This document shows positions 38,301 to 47,453 of a stretch of 64,000 bases of DNA, piece after piece; the stretch's first letter is position 1; each line of letters opens with the position of its first letter. Below the pieces are notes generated by a model, which did not search any database, had not been told where the DNA came from, and worked only from the letters and a program-made list of their open reading frames with translations. The position numbers and the translations under genes were made by a program. Source of the stretch: Monocercomonoides exilis PA203 (Eukaryota; Protista; Preaxostyla); assembly GCA_001643675.2 (NCBI GenBank), contig LSRY02000043.1, positions 496,001 to 560,000 on the forward strand, written 5' to 3'.

Positions 38301-39946
38301 AGAAAAGAAATAAAATGGCAAAGTTATTGATGAAGAAATACGAAGAAATGGAGAGGAGAAGAAGAGGAAGTGAAGAAGAAGAAAGAAAAAGAAAAGAAAA
38401 TTATGAAAAAGAAATTGAAGTGGCAAGAATCATAAGCAACATGTACCAAAAAATGGAGATTCGGAGAAATAGCTCGGAGAAATTCGAAATTGAAAGGAAG
38501 AAAGAAGAAGAGAAAGAAGAAGAAAATGCAATGTTAATAGCAGAACATTTGAAGAGGATGCAAAGAAGAAGAGAAGGAGAAGAAATAATAGAGAAGAAAA
38601 GAGAAGAAGCAGAAGGAGAAGAGAAGGAGAAAATGAAAGAGGTTTTGGAAGGGATGAAGAAGATGAGAAGGAGAAGAGAAGGAGAAGAAGAAATGAGAAG
38701 AAGAAGAGAAGAAGAAAGAGAAAAAGAAATGGAAAAAGCGAAGAAGATTTTGAATTATTTGGGGAAAATGATGGAGAAAAGGAAAGCGGAAGAGGAAAGG
38801 AGAAAGAGAAGAGAAAAAGAAGAAGAAAAGGAAAGGGAAAAAGCAGAAGTTATAGAGAAGTATATGAGAAGGATGAAAAAGAGAAGAGAAGGAGAGAGAG
38901 AAAGAGAAAGGAAAAGAGAAGAAGAAGAGAGGAAGAGGGAAGAAATGGCGAAATATATGATGGATTGTTACAATCAAATAGAGAAGAGAAGAAAAGGAAG
39001 AGAAGAAAGAGAAAGAAGAAGGAAAGAAGAAGAGGAAAAGAGGGAAGAAGGTGTAAGTTTAATGAATAATCAATGGAGAAATGTGATTTTGATGAGGAAA
39101 GCGGAAAGGGAAAGGAAAGAAAGGAGAGAGAAAGCGAGAGAGAAAGAGGCAAGAAATGCAATTGTGTTAGCGAATTTCTATCAAAAGATGACGAGAAGGA
39201 AAGAAGCAGAAGAAGAGATGAAGAAAAGAGGGAAAGAAGAAATCAAAATTGAAGAGGAAGAAGTAAAAGTTATTGTGAAGTGTGTGAAGATGATGTGGAG
39301 GAGAAGAGAAGGAGAAGAGAAAATGAAGAAAGAAAGAGAAGAAGAAGAAGAAAGAAGAAAAGAAAAAGCTGAAATTATTTCGAGTTTTGTGGAGAAAATG
39401 ATAGAAAGAAGAAGAGGAAAAGAAGAGATGATGGAGAAAAGACTAGAAGAAGAAGAGAAAGAGAAGAAGATGGCTGTGTTGTTGATGGAGAGCTGGGAAG
39501 GGAAAGAAAGAAGGAGGAGGAGTTTGATTGAAGTGGAGAAGAAGAGAAGAGAATGGGAAAGAAGAGAGAAAGAAGCAAGCGTTGTGATTAGAAACGAGAT
39601 GGAGAAGATGAGAAGGAGAAGGTTTGGAGAGAAAGAAATGGAAGAAAGAATAGAGAAAGAGAAGAAGAGGAAGAGGAAGGAGAAGATGAAGGAGCAAGAA
39701 AAGAAGTTGGAGAAGGAAATGAAGCAAGAGAAAGAGAAAATAGGATTGAAGGAAGAAGAAGCAAGAAAGCAAGCAGAAAAGGAGGAGAAGAAGAAAAAAG
39801 AAGAAGAAGAGAAAGAAAAGAGAATGAAAGAGGAGGAAGAGAAAAAAAGAGAGAAAGAAATGGAAGAAGTGATAGAGAAAGATCAAACGTTGTCTATTGT
39901 TGAGTCAAGTGAGCAGATGCAGGTGGAAGAGACAGTTTTTGATTGA
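35372..39946 (+). CDS. ~1,500-aa E/R/K-rich single-alpha-helix/coiled-coil protein with periodic hydrophobic repeats
   Basis: Uninterrupted 4.5-kb ORF. EEEERRRK-type runs are followed by a ~30-aa repeat. The true start is uncertain (first in-frame ATG at 35462, or an upstream exon). Confidence 0.8.
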   Translation: MCACDIQSEEERETLIKQKTKAQNEERKRKMREKEQEMKKEQERKQRKFKEEMDEWERREKERKAEEEKRRREEEEERRRRKEEEEEEEERLRRAMEERKRKEEEERIKREEEEERLKKEEEERRRKEEEERKKKKEEEMLKREEEERIRREKEEEEEKRRREEEERLKKEEEEKKRKEEEERLRREEEERKKKEEEERIKREEEERKKKEEEERLKREEEERKRREEEERKRKEEEERKKKEEEERLRREEEERKRREKEEEEKKKIKMMQNKATLCLLDGFRKFEKRKKGEEELKRRRREREKEEEENAMFIMNYWLLMRKRREGREEEEERREEEERKRKEKAEVLSEMRRKMMKRRRGKEMIEKLRRERGREEEEEKERERERRRREEEEEEERRKQKEKEEREREEKGNAMIIMNCWMNITERRRRGEEEERRRRRENEKIKEIKAEILRNKMKEMRKRREGEEEIKERRKEEEERRKEKARIITEITKMMMKRRRGEEEMLERRKEIKENEEEKAEMIMIAYVNNMMKRKKAKEEREERKKKEEENCILKAEIIAKMVKNMMKRREGERIMEEKKKKKEEEEEEERKRKIGIISEAMKNMEKRRKAKRILEEEEEKLRLKEREKGEIITEMMKKMKKRREGEGEKEKREEEERRRRNEMAIVIENAFLNVLKRKKAEEEEKRRRREEEEERKLAMYFILKGILNKKLKEKAKKEMEERKKSKEEREEREKAKEISMFWKENVMKRRENGKEMEKMREEEEERRRKAIECLKNGYEKMKRRKLGEEEEEKKKKEEEERRKGKCIDILEGMEKMMKRRRGEEEERRRRKKNEEFRREKAEEITRQYEKMEKRRRGEREREERRKEDEEKQIKSVNLIGFEWENCILRERNKKMLEELKKKDEEERKKKVEVINEAIIRMERRREGEKERERRRREEEEEERIKSLIIRNSIQNLMKRKKAEEERRKRKEEDEEKRNKMAKLLMKKYEEMERRRRGSEEEERKRKENYEKEIEVARIISNMYQKMEIRRNSSEKFEIERKKEEEKEEENAMLIAEHLKRMQRRREGEEIIEKKREEAEGEEKEKMKEVLEGMKKMRRRREGEEEMRRRREEEREKEMEKAKKILNYLGKMMEKRKAEEERRKRREKEEEKEREKAEVIEKYMRRMKKRREGERERERKREEEERKREEMAKYMMDCYNQIEKRRKGREERERRRKEEEEKREEGVSLMNNQWRNVILMRKAERERKERREKAREKEARNAIVLANFYQKMTRRKEAEEEMKKRGKEEIKIEEEEVKVIVKCVKMMWRRREGEEKMKKEREEEEERRKEKAEIISSFVEKMIERRRGKEEMMEKRLEEEEKEKKMAVLLMESWEGKERRRRSLIEVEKKRREWERREKEASVVIRNEMEKMRRRRFGEKEMEERIEKEKKRKRKEKMKEQEKKLEKEMKQEKEKIGLKEEEARKQAEKEEKKKKEEEEKEKRMKEEEEKKREKEMEEVIEKDQTLSIVESSEQMQVEETVFD

Positions 39947-40757
39947 GTAATAAATTGCATTTCTTTTTTATTTTGTTTCATTTTTTTTTTTATTCTGATT
40001 TTTATATTTAAAATTTTTCATGATTCTATAAAAAAAGAACATATTTTTTTGAAATTTTTGTTTTATTTTATCTTGTCTTGTCTTGTCTTGTTTAACGAAT
40101 ATGTTGAAAGAAGGTCAGAAGGGGAAATAGAGAAGGGAGAAGAACTTAAAAGAACAAAAGAGAATAACAAAATTGAACTTTTTTACTAAGATGTCATGTT
40201 GTTGCTTTGTATTGAAATGCTTGATAGCAAAATTATTCGTGTTCGTGAAAGCAACTTCGTTTGAAATCTCATCTTTTTGTGAAATATGAAAATCATGGAA
40301 TTTCTTAAAGAATCAAAGTATAATAAGTCATTTATTTTATTTTTTTTTTTTTTTTTGACTTTTTCTTCCTCATTTTTTGTATTGCAAACTTTCTTTAATT
40401 TGCCAAACTTATTGAGCTTTGATAAAGAATCTGTTAATGAAGTTATGACATTTTGAATATTGACTTGCGTTATTCTTTTATCGGTTGAATGGAACTAATT
40501 TTTATGTCAACATTTATGCTTTTGTTGATTCCATATAAAATATTTACATTTTCATTTTCAATTGCTTCTTTTTCTTCTTTCACACATTTAAGCACAACAT
40601 AAATTTTTAATTACCAAAATATGCCTTGCAATCTTTGACACTTTAAGATGAAATTTTTTTTCATTTTATTTTATAGTGAAAATTCGTGCAATTTGATTTT
40701 CAAAAATTACATGTCATCTAAATATTCTGCTTTTTAAGAAAATGGTATTGATCAAAA

Positions 40758-41129
40758 ATGCAAAAAATTCATATTGAATTTTGCACAGTTGTATGTAAAT
40801 TAAAATGAGAGATGACAAAAATATTCTAATTAGATGATACTTTGTATTATTTTTAATGAAGTTTTTTGTTTCCAAGTTGTTTTACCTTTATTATTTTTGT
40901 TCTTTTTTCTTTGTGATTTCAGTGACATTATGACTCCCAGTTTTCCGCTGCCAAAGCGGAGCTGGAAAAGAATTTTGAAGGAATAGTTGTAGAGGGTAAT
41001 ATGACCACTCCACGAGAAGGAGCATTTGAAGTTACTACTGATGATGGAAGACTGTTATACAGCAAATTTAAAACAGGACGATTTCCTAAACCTGGAGAGA
41101 TAACGGCTGCTGTCAAAAAGGGTAGCTAA
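40758..41129 (+). CDS. SelW/SelT/SelH (Rdx) family selenoprotein, 79 aa, CxxU motif
   Basis: Exon 1 (40758-40790) is MQKIHIEFCTV. The intron (40791-40922) is GTATGT...pyrimidine tract...TTTCAG. Exon 2 (40923-41129) starts with TGA and continues HYDSQFSAAKAELEKNFEGIVVEGNMTTPREGAFEVTTDDGRLLYSKFKTGRFPKPGEITAAVKKGS*. Rdx signatures are I.IEFCxxU, GAFEV and SK...GRFP. Confidence 0.92.
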
Positions 41130-41196
41130 TCATCAGGGTTATTAAATGAAGATTCAACTCTTTTTTCTTATATCCACAATTCAGCCTTCTCATGAA

Positions 41197-41273
41197 TCAT
41201 AACTCGTGAAATGATCGACATCCTCCAAAGCGTAAGCAGGGGATCTCGTGATTTGCTTTTTGAGGGTTTTATG
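41197..41273 (+). promoter_or_regulatory. eukaryotic SECIS element (type II)
   Basis: AUGAU at 41211-41215, helix II cgacatcctc/ggggatctcg, unpaired AAA at 41227-41229, mini-stem gc-gtaa-gc, and UGAU at 41249-41252. Lower helix cataac..ctc / gag..gtt..tatg. It lies about 80 nt after the stop of the selenoprotein. Confidence 0.88.
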
Positions 41274-41702
41274 CTTCTTGGGTGGGCAGAAAAGAGAGTT
41301 TGAAATTTGAGATGAGATCATGTGCTTTTGTTATTCATAATTTTAGCTTATTCACCATCATTCATTTTTTCTTTAAAAATTGTATTTTTAAAGTGCAAGT
41401 ATTATTTGAAATTTCATTAAAAATAACAATGACCTTTATTATTAATTATACAAAAGAAATTCTTTCTTAAAAGTTTTATTAAAGACTTATTCCGAAGGCT
41501 TGGAGAAATTGCAATTTGATTTTCTTTCGCTGAAAGTCGTAAATGAATTCTGTCATTTGCAATATTCTATCTTATTAAATGAGAGATTTTCATTTTTTGG
41601 AGATTCTTTGTGAAGTTGATGTAAGCATTTCGCACGTGAATAAATTTTTCGCTTTCAAAATTTAGTTCCATTCACTTTTTTGAATCTTTCTCGGAATTCA
41701 AT

Positions 41703-41738
<36 letters not shown>

Positions 41739-42939
41739 TAATGGACAAATGATTTTATCACCTGTCATGTCACAGATGCATATGTTGCATCTAACTGATT
41801 ATTGATGTATTTAAACTTTATTCGCTTTTTGGACAGTTTCATAAATCCTTTTTTATTTTAACGATAAAAAAAATTTATTGAGACATATATTGAATTTGAT
41901 ATTCAAAAATAAATAAAAAATTAGAGAATAAACACCGACTTCGAAAAAATAATTGAAGATATGGGGGAGAATATTTCACTTCATTCATTTTCATTGAAAA
42001 ATTATGCACTTTTCATTGACTTTTTGAGATCAAAAAACACAACAAAAATGGGCTCATTTTTTGACATTCGTGAAATGAAGGAAAACTTTGTGTTTCTATT
42101 TCAACTGCGCCAGTTTACGGATATGAAAATCAAATTTATTTTGAAATCTGAGAAAGGGAAATAAAGTTATGAGTGAAGCAAAATTTTTCAATGATAAGTG
42201 TAAAAAAAGCTTGAAAGTCCGTATTTACCCCCATGTTCGAAAATTAAACAAAAGGAACTTTTCAAAAAATTCACACATATCTGTAATTCTTCTTGAAAAA
42301 TTGCAAATGTTTTGTTTTCAAAAAATCCAAATTTTCATGTTTTGCTCTTATTTTTGTTAACATTCACCAAATATCACTAAAATGGAATCTATTTCTGGAT
42401 AATGCTATTTCATTCATTTCAAAAAAGATTAGTGAGCAGAAACAGAAATTTAAGCAAATTTTTGAAATTTTTGATTTATTTGAAAATTAAACATTTGTTA
42501 CGTTTTTATGAGAATAACCCAAAAAATATATTTTTTGAAAAGTTCACTTTTTTTTGATTCACAGATGAATTGAATAAACTAAAATTTTGTGAAAAATTTT
42601 GTTCAATTTTTCATAAATTATCAGAAATGATTTTCAAAGAATAAGAAATAACAATAAAGCTTTTTCGATTCTATGCAATTTTTGAGATATGGAACAAAAT
42701 TTTGATGAATATTTTCGATTTTTGTTAAAAGAAATACTTTGTTGCAAAAACGATACAATATAAAATTAAACAATATATTTTTGCATGTTCATACGAAAAT
42801 ATCGATAAGAAGATTGTTGAAATTAGCGTGTTTCAAAAGAAGAATTTCATTAAACACAAATATTTTTTTTTCGCTTTTTTCAAAAAAGAAAAAAATGTAA
42901 TTTTTATGAAGATCTTCATTAAACATATTATTTACACCA

Positions 42940-43925
42940 AAAATAATTCAATTTCGAAAAAAAATAATTCATTTTCGAAAAAAAATAATTCAATTTCGTA
43001 ATTTATTAATTCGATTTCGAAAAAGAATAATTCAATTTCGAAAATGAATATTTCAATTTCGAAATTCATTAAAAACTGAATCTTTCTATTTTTCTCGAGA
43101 ATGGATTTCAGAAAAGTTCAAATTATTTTTAATCAATCAAACATTATTACTCGAAGAGAACTGTTTTTTATTGCAACAATCAATAAATCAATTTTTTGAA
43201 AATTTTTTTTATTTTCGAAAATTATCACTCAAATGATTAAATTAATAAAAAAATTCATTCTGTTGAATAACAAAATAAAAATATTTAAATTTCAATCACA
43301 TTTATTGAATAACAAAAAACAAGAATTTTTTACCAACAGAAGAAAATTTTTTTCTTTGGTAAATATATTAAAATCATCAATCTTTAATAAGAAAATGAAT
43401 TCATTTTCTTTTCAAATAAACTTCAAAATAAAATATTTTCAATCAAAATGAATGCATTTTTTTTAATGAAAATGCATCATTTTTCAAATATACATAAACA
43501 AAAAAATTTGATGAAATAAAAACAATGAGAATTCAAAACACAAAACACAAGTTATTCATTCCACAAATCAAAATATTTTTCATATAGAAATTGAATTATT
43601 CTTTTTCGAAATTGAAATGGGTTATTATTTTTGAAATCATATCTTTTTTCGGGGTGTTGATTTTTCAAAGATTGTTTGCCTTTGGTAAGAGATTTTGTAT
43701 TCAAATGCTATAATTATCACAACTGTTTCAAATACAAATGCATGATCAGAAATCAAAATAAAGAGATTTTGAATATACCTGTTCACTTTTCAGTGTTCAT
43801 TTGTTGGCATTCAAAAGAAATTTTCGGTTCGAAAATTTTGAAAGAATAAATATGATTTCAAAAATAATCACCCAAATATTAATTCCGAAATTGAATTATT
43901 TTTTTTCGAATTAGAATTATTTTTT
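42940..43925. repeat. short tandem motif aataattcaatttcgaaaa with inverted copies
   Basis: Several direct copies at ~42940-43065 and reverse-complement copies at ~43585-43615 and ~43885-43925. Confidence 0.65.
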
Positions 43926-44386
43926 GTGTATTATCTTAAATAATTATTTAATTAAGAAATGTTTTTTATCGATACTACAACATAATAATTTGTGTGATAT
44001 AATTCCTTTCAATCCTTTTAAGCACGAAGCATTCAAACTTTGCTTTTCTCAGAACTTTATCAAACTGAGTTTGATTTGAAAATAAATTGGATTATCAAAC
44101 TAGTCAACATGCTTCATTTTCATTCCAACGAAATATTTTGTTTCCTCACATATTTATCAAAAAAACGGTCCTTTAAAGCTCATATTTATTTATCACAAAA
44201 AGCTCATCCACGTTGCATTATTTTTCAATTAAAATGCATGAAGGATAATAATTTTCCTCGTTTATAAATATGTTTTCGGATAAAATTCAAAATGACAAAT
44301 GAAACTATTTTAAGATTCGACACATCTCTCTCTTTGTCAGTTTAATGAATTATATAAACGTTCAAATTAAATAAATATTAAAACAA

Positions 44387-45679
44387 TTTTTTTTCTTTTT
44401 TTCTTTTTTTCTTTTTTCTTTTTTCTTTTTTTCTTTTTCTTTTTCTTTTTCTTTTCTATTCTTTTCTTTTCTTTTCTTTTCTTTTCTTTTCTTTTCTTTT
44501 TTTCTTTTCTTTTCTTTTCTTTTCTTTTCTTTTCTTTTCTTTTCTTTTCTTTTCTTTTTTCTTTTCTTTTCTTTTTTTTCTTTTCTTTTCTTTTCTTTTC
44601 TTTTCTTTTCTTTTTTTTCTTTTCTTTTCTTTTTTTCTTTTCTTTTCTTTTCTTTTCTTTTCTTTTCTTTTCTTTTCTTTTCTTTTCTTTTCTTTTCTTT
44701 TCTTTTCTTTTATTTTCTTTTCTTTTCTTTTTTTTTCTTTTCTTTTTTTCTTTTCTTTTCTTTTTTTCTTTTCTTTTCTTTTCTTTTCTTTTCTTTTCTT
44801 TTCTTTTCTTTTTTTTTCTTTTCTTTTCTTTTTTTCTTTTCTTTTCTTTTCTTTTTTTTCTTTTCTTTTCTTTTCTTTTCTTTTTTTTCTTTTCTTTTCT
44901 TTTTTTTTCTTTTCTTTTCTTTTATTTTCTTTTCTTTTCTTTTCTTTTCTTTTCTTTTCTTTTCTTTTCTTTTTTTTTCTTTTCTTTTCTTTTATTTTCT
45001 TTTCTATTCTTTTTTTTTCTTTTCTTTTCTTTTATTTTCTTTTATTTTCTTTTCTTTTCTTTTTTTCTTTTCTTTTTTCTTTTCTTTTTTCTTTTCTTTT
45101 ATTTTCTTTTCTTTTCTTTTCTTTTCTTTTCTTTTCTTTTCTTTTCTTTTCTTTTCTTTTTTTTTCTTTTCTTTTTTTTTCTTTTCTTTTTTTCTTTTCT
45201 TTTCTTTTCTTTTCTTTTCTTTTCTTTTCTTTTCTTTTCTTTTCTTTTCTTTTCTTTTCTTTTCTTTTTCTTTTTCTTTTCTTTTTCTTTTCTTTTTTTC
45301 TTTTCTTTTCTTTTCTTTTCTTTTCTTTTCTTTTTTTCTTTTCTTTTATTTTCTTTTCTTTTATTTTCTTTTCTTTTCTTTTCTTTTCTTTTCTTTTCTT
45401 TTCTTTTTTTCTTTTCTTTTATTTTCTTTTCTTTTCTTTTCTTTTCTTTTCTTTTCTTTTATTTTCTTTTCTTTTATTTTCTTTTCTTTTCTTTTCTTTT
45501 CTTTTCTTTTCTTTTCTTTTTTTTTCTTTTCTTTTATTTTCTTTTCTTTTCTTTTCTTTTCTTTTCTTTTATTTTCTTTTCTTTTATTTTCTTTTCTTTT
45601 CTTTTCTTTTCTTTTCTTTTCTTTTCTTTTTTTTTCTTTTCTTTTATTTTCTTTTCTTTTCTTTTCTTTTCTTTTCTTT

Positions 45680-45710
<31 letters not shown>

Positions 45711-46489
45711 CTTTTCTTTTCTTTTTTTTTCTTTTCTTTTCTTTTCTTTTCTTTTCTTTTATTTTCTTTTCTTTTCTTTTCTTTTCTTTTCTTTTCTTTT
45801 CTTTTTTCTTTTTTTCTTTTTGCTTTTTCTTTTCTTTTCTTTTCTTTTCTTTTTTTTTCTTTTTCTTTTCTTTTCTTTTCTTTTATTTTCTTTTCTTTTT
45901 TCTTTTTTTCTTTTTGCTTTTTCTTTTCTTTTCTTTTTTTTTCTTTTCTTTTTCTTTTCTTTTTTTCTTTTCTTTTCTTTTCTTTTCTTTTCTTTTCTTT
46001 TCTTTTTTTCTTTTTGCTTTTCTTTTCTTTTCTTTTCTTTTCTTTTCTTTTTTTCTTTTCTTTTCTTTTATTTTCTTTTCTTTTCTTTTCTTTTTCTTTT
46101 CTTTTCTTTTCTTTTCTTTTCTTTTCTTTTCTTTTCTTTTCTTTTCTTTTTTTTTCTTTTCTTTTCTTTTATTTTCTTTTCTTTTCTTTTCTTTTCTTTT
46201 CTTTTCTTTTATTTTCTTTTATTTTCTTTTCTTTTCTTTTTTTTTCTTTTCTTTTTTTCTTTTCTTTTCTTTTCTTTTCTTTTTTCTTTTCTTTTTTTTT
46301 CTTTTCTTTTCTTTTCTTTTCTTTTTCTTTTCTTTTCTTTTATTTTCTTTTATTTTCTTTTCTTTTCTTTTTTTTTTTTTTCTTTTTTTTTCTTTTCTTT
46401 TCTTTTCTTTTCTTTTTCTTTTTCTTTTTCTTTTCTTTTCTTTTCTTTTCTTTTCTTTTCTTTTCTTTTCTTTTCTTTTCTTTTTTTTT
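44387..46489. repeat. (TTTTC)n microsatellite, ~2.1 kb
   Basis: Near-continuous TTTTC pentamer with occasional TTTTA or longer T-run variants. Confidence 0.98.
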
Positions 46490-46839
46490 ATTTCGAAAGT
46501 TTACTGTGTTTTAAACCGAAATGAATGTTTTGAATTTTTAACAAAAAATGTTATTCAAACATGGGGGAAAATACGGACTTTCATGCTTTTTTTACACTTA
46601 TCATTGAAAAATTTTGCTTCACTCATAACTTTATTTCCCTTTCTCAGATTTCAAAATAAATTTGATTTTCATATCCGTAAACTGGCGCAGTTGAAATAGA
46701 AACACAAAGTTTTCCTTCATTTCACGAATGTCAAAAAATGAGCCCATTTTTGTTGTGTTTTTTGATCTCAAAAAGTCAATGAAAAGTGCATAATTTTTCA
46801 ATGAAAATGAATGAAGTGAAATATTCTCCCCCATATAAT

Positions 46840-46987
46840 AAAATTTTAATATTTTCAACAATTTTTTTGTTCCCACGTTTGAAACTTCAATAAAATGAAA
46901 ATAAAAACATTGTTGAGGTTTTGATATCCAATTAAGGAAAGTTTAATCCGTGGGAACAAAAAACTGATAAAAATATGAAAATTTTTA
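46840..46987. mobile_element. short palindromic MITE-like remnant
   Basis: ttttttgttcccacg (~46863-46877) is inverted at cgtgggaacaaaaaa (~46949-46963), and imperfect pairing extends on both sides. Confidence 0.5.
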
Positions 46988-47453
46988 TCTTATTTGAAAA
47001 TAAAAAAAAGTAATTTTTCAAATAAAAATTTTGCCATGCAAGCATTCAAAAAAAAAAAAAAACAGTTATCAAAATATTGATTCTTCCCTTCAGAAAATAT
47101 TTTATCTTTGGAAAAAAGTACACACACAATGAAAGTTTTATAAAGAATATTAAACTGAAATCAAAAGATAACAAAAGAAACAAAGATTTGCGAGTATTTA
47201 TCGACTTATGTTTGATTGTGAAACTTTGTGAAATAATTCAAAAATATTTGTTTATTCAATTTTTAAATGTTTAAAACTCTAAATATTCATGTTATTCAAA
47301 TTATTCATATTTTTCAAAGCGCATTGTTAAAAGTCAAGCAAATAACTTGTTTAAAAAAAGGAGAGAATAATTTCACTTTTGCAATCTATTGTTTTTAAAG
47401 AAATATGGTAATCAATTTGATCTTTTGTTGAAAAAATAAAGAATAACATTAAA

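Larger units (their letters stand above)
41963..46832. mobile_element. non-coding foldback-type element with ~275-bp inverted arms (or two inverted MITE copies)
   Basis: 41963-~42238 is the reverse complement of ~46557-46832 (near identical; the same spurious ORF appears on both strands). Ends are GGGGG...CCCCC, with ATAT on both outer sides (41959-41962, 46833-46836). Confidence 0.75.

Noticed and set aside
35389-39886. Many minus-strand S/F/L-rich ORFs, and similar plus-strand ORFs over 29223-32814 and 53254-54875
   Set aside because: Antisense shadows of E/K/R-rich coding sequence.
40928-41116. 62-aa minus-strand ORF
   Set aside because: Antisense shadow of selenoprotein exon 2.
41961-42164. 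67-aa ORF repeated at 46631..46876
   Set aside because: It lies within the inverted arms and has no protein-like features.
42940-43065. Regularly repeated ~19-nt motif as a CRISPR-like array
   Set aside because: No unique spacers, eukaryotic context and no cas genes. It is a simple tandem or subterminal repeat.
45820-46699. Phe/Ser/Leu-rich ORFs of 166-261 aa
   Set aside because: They are translations of the (TTTTC)n microsatellite.
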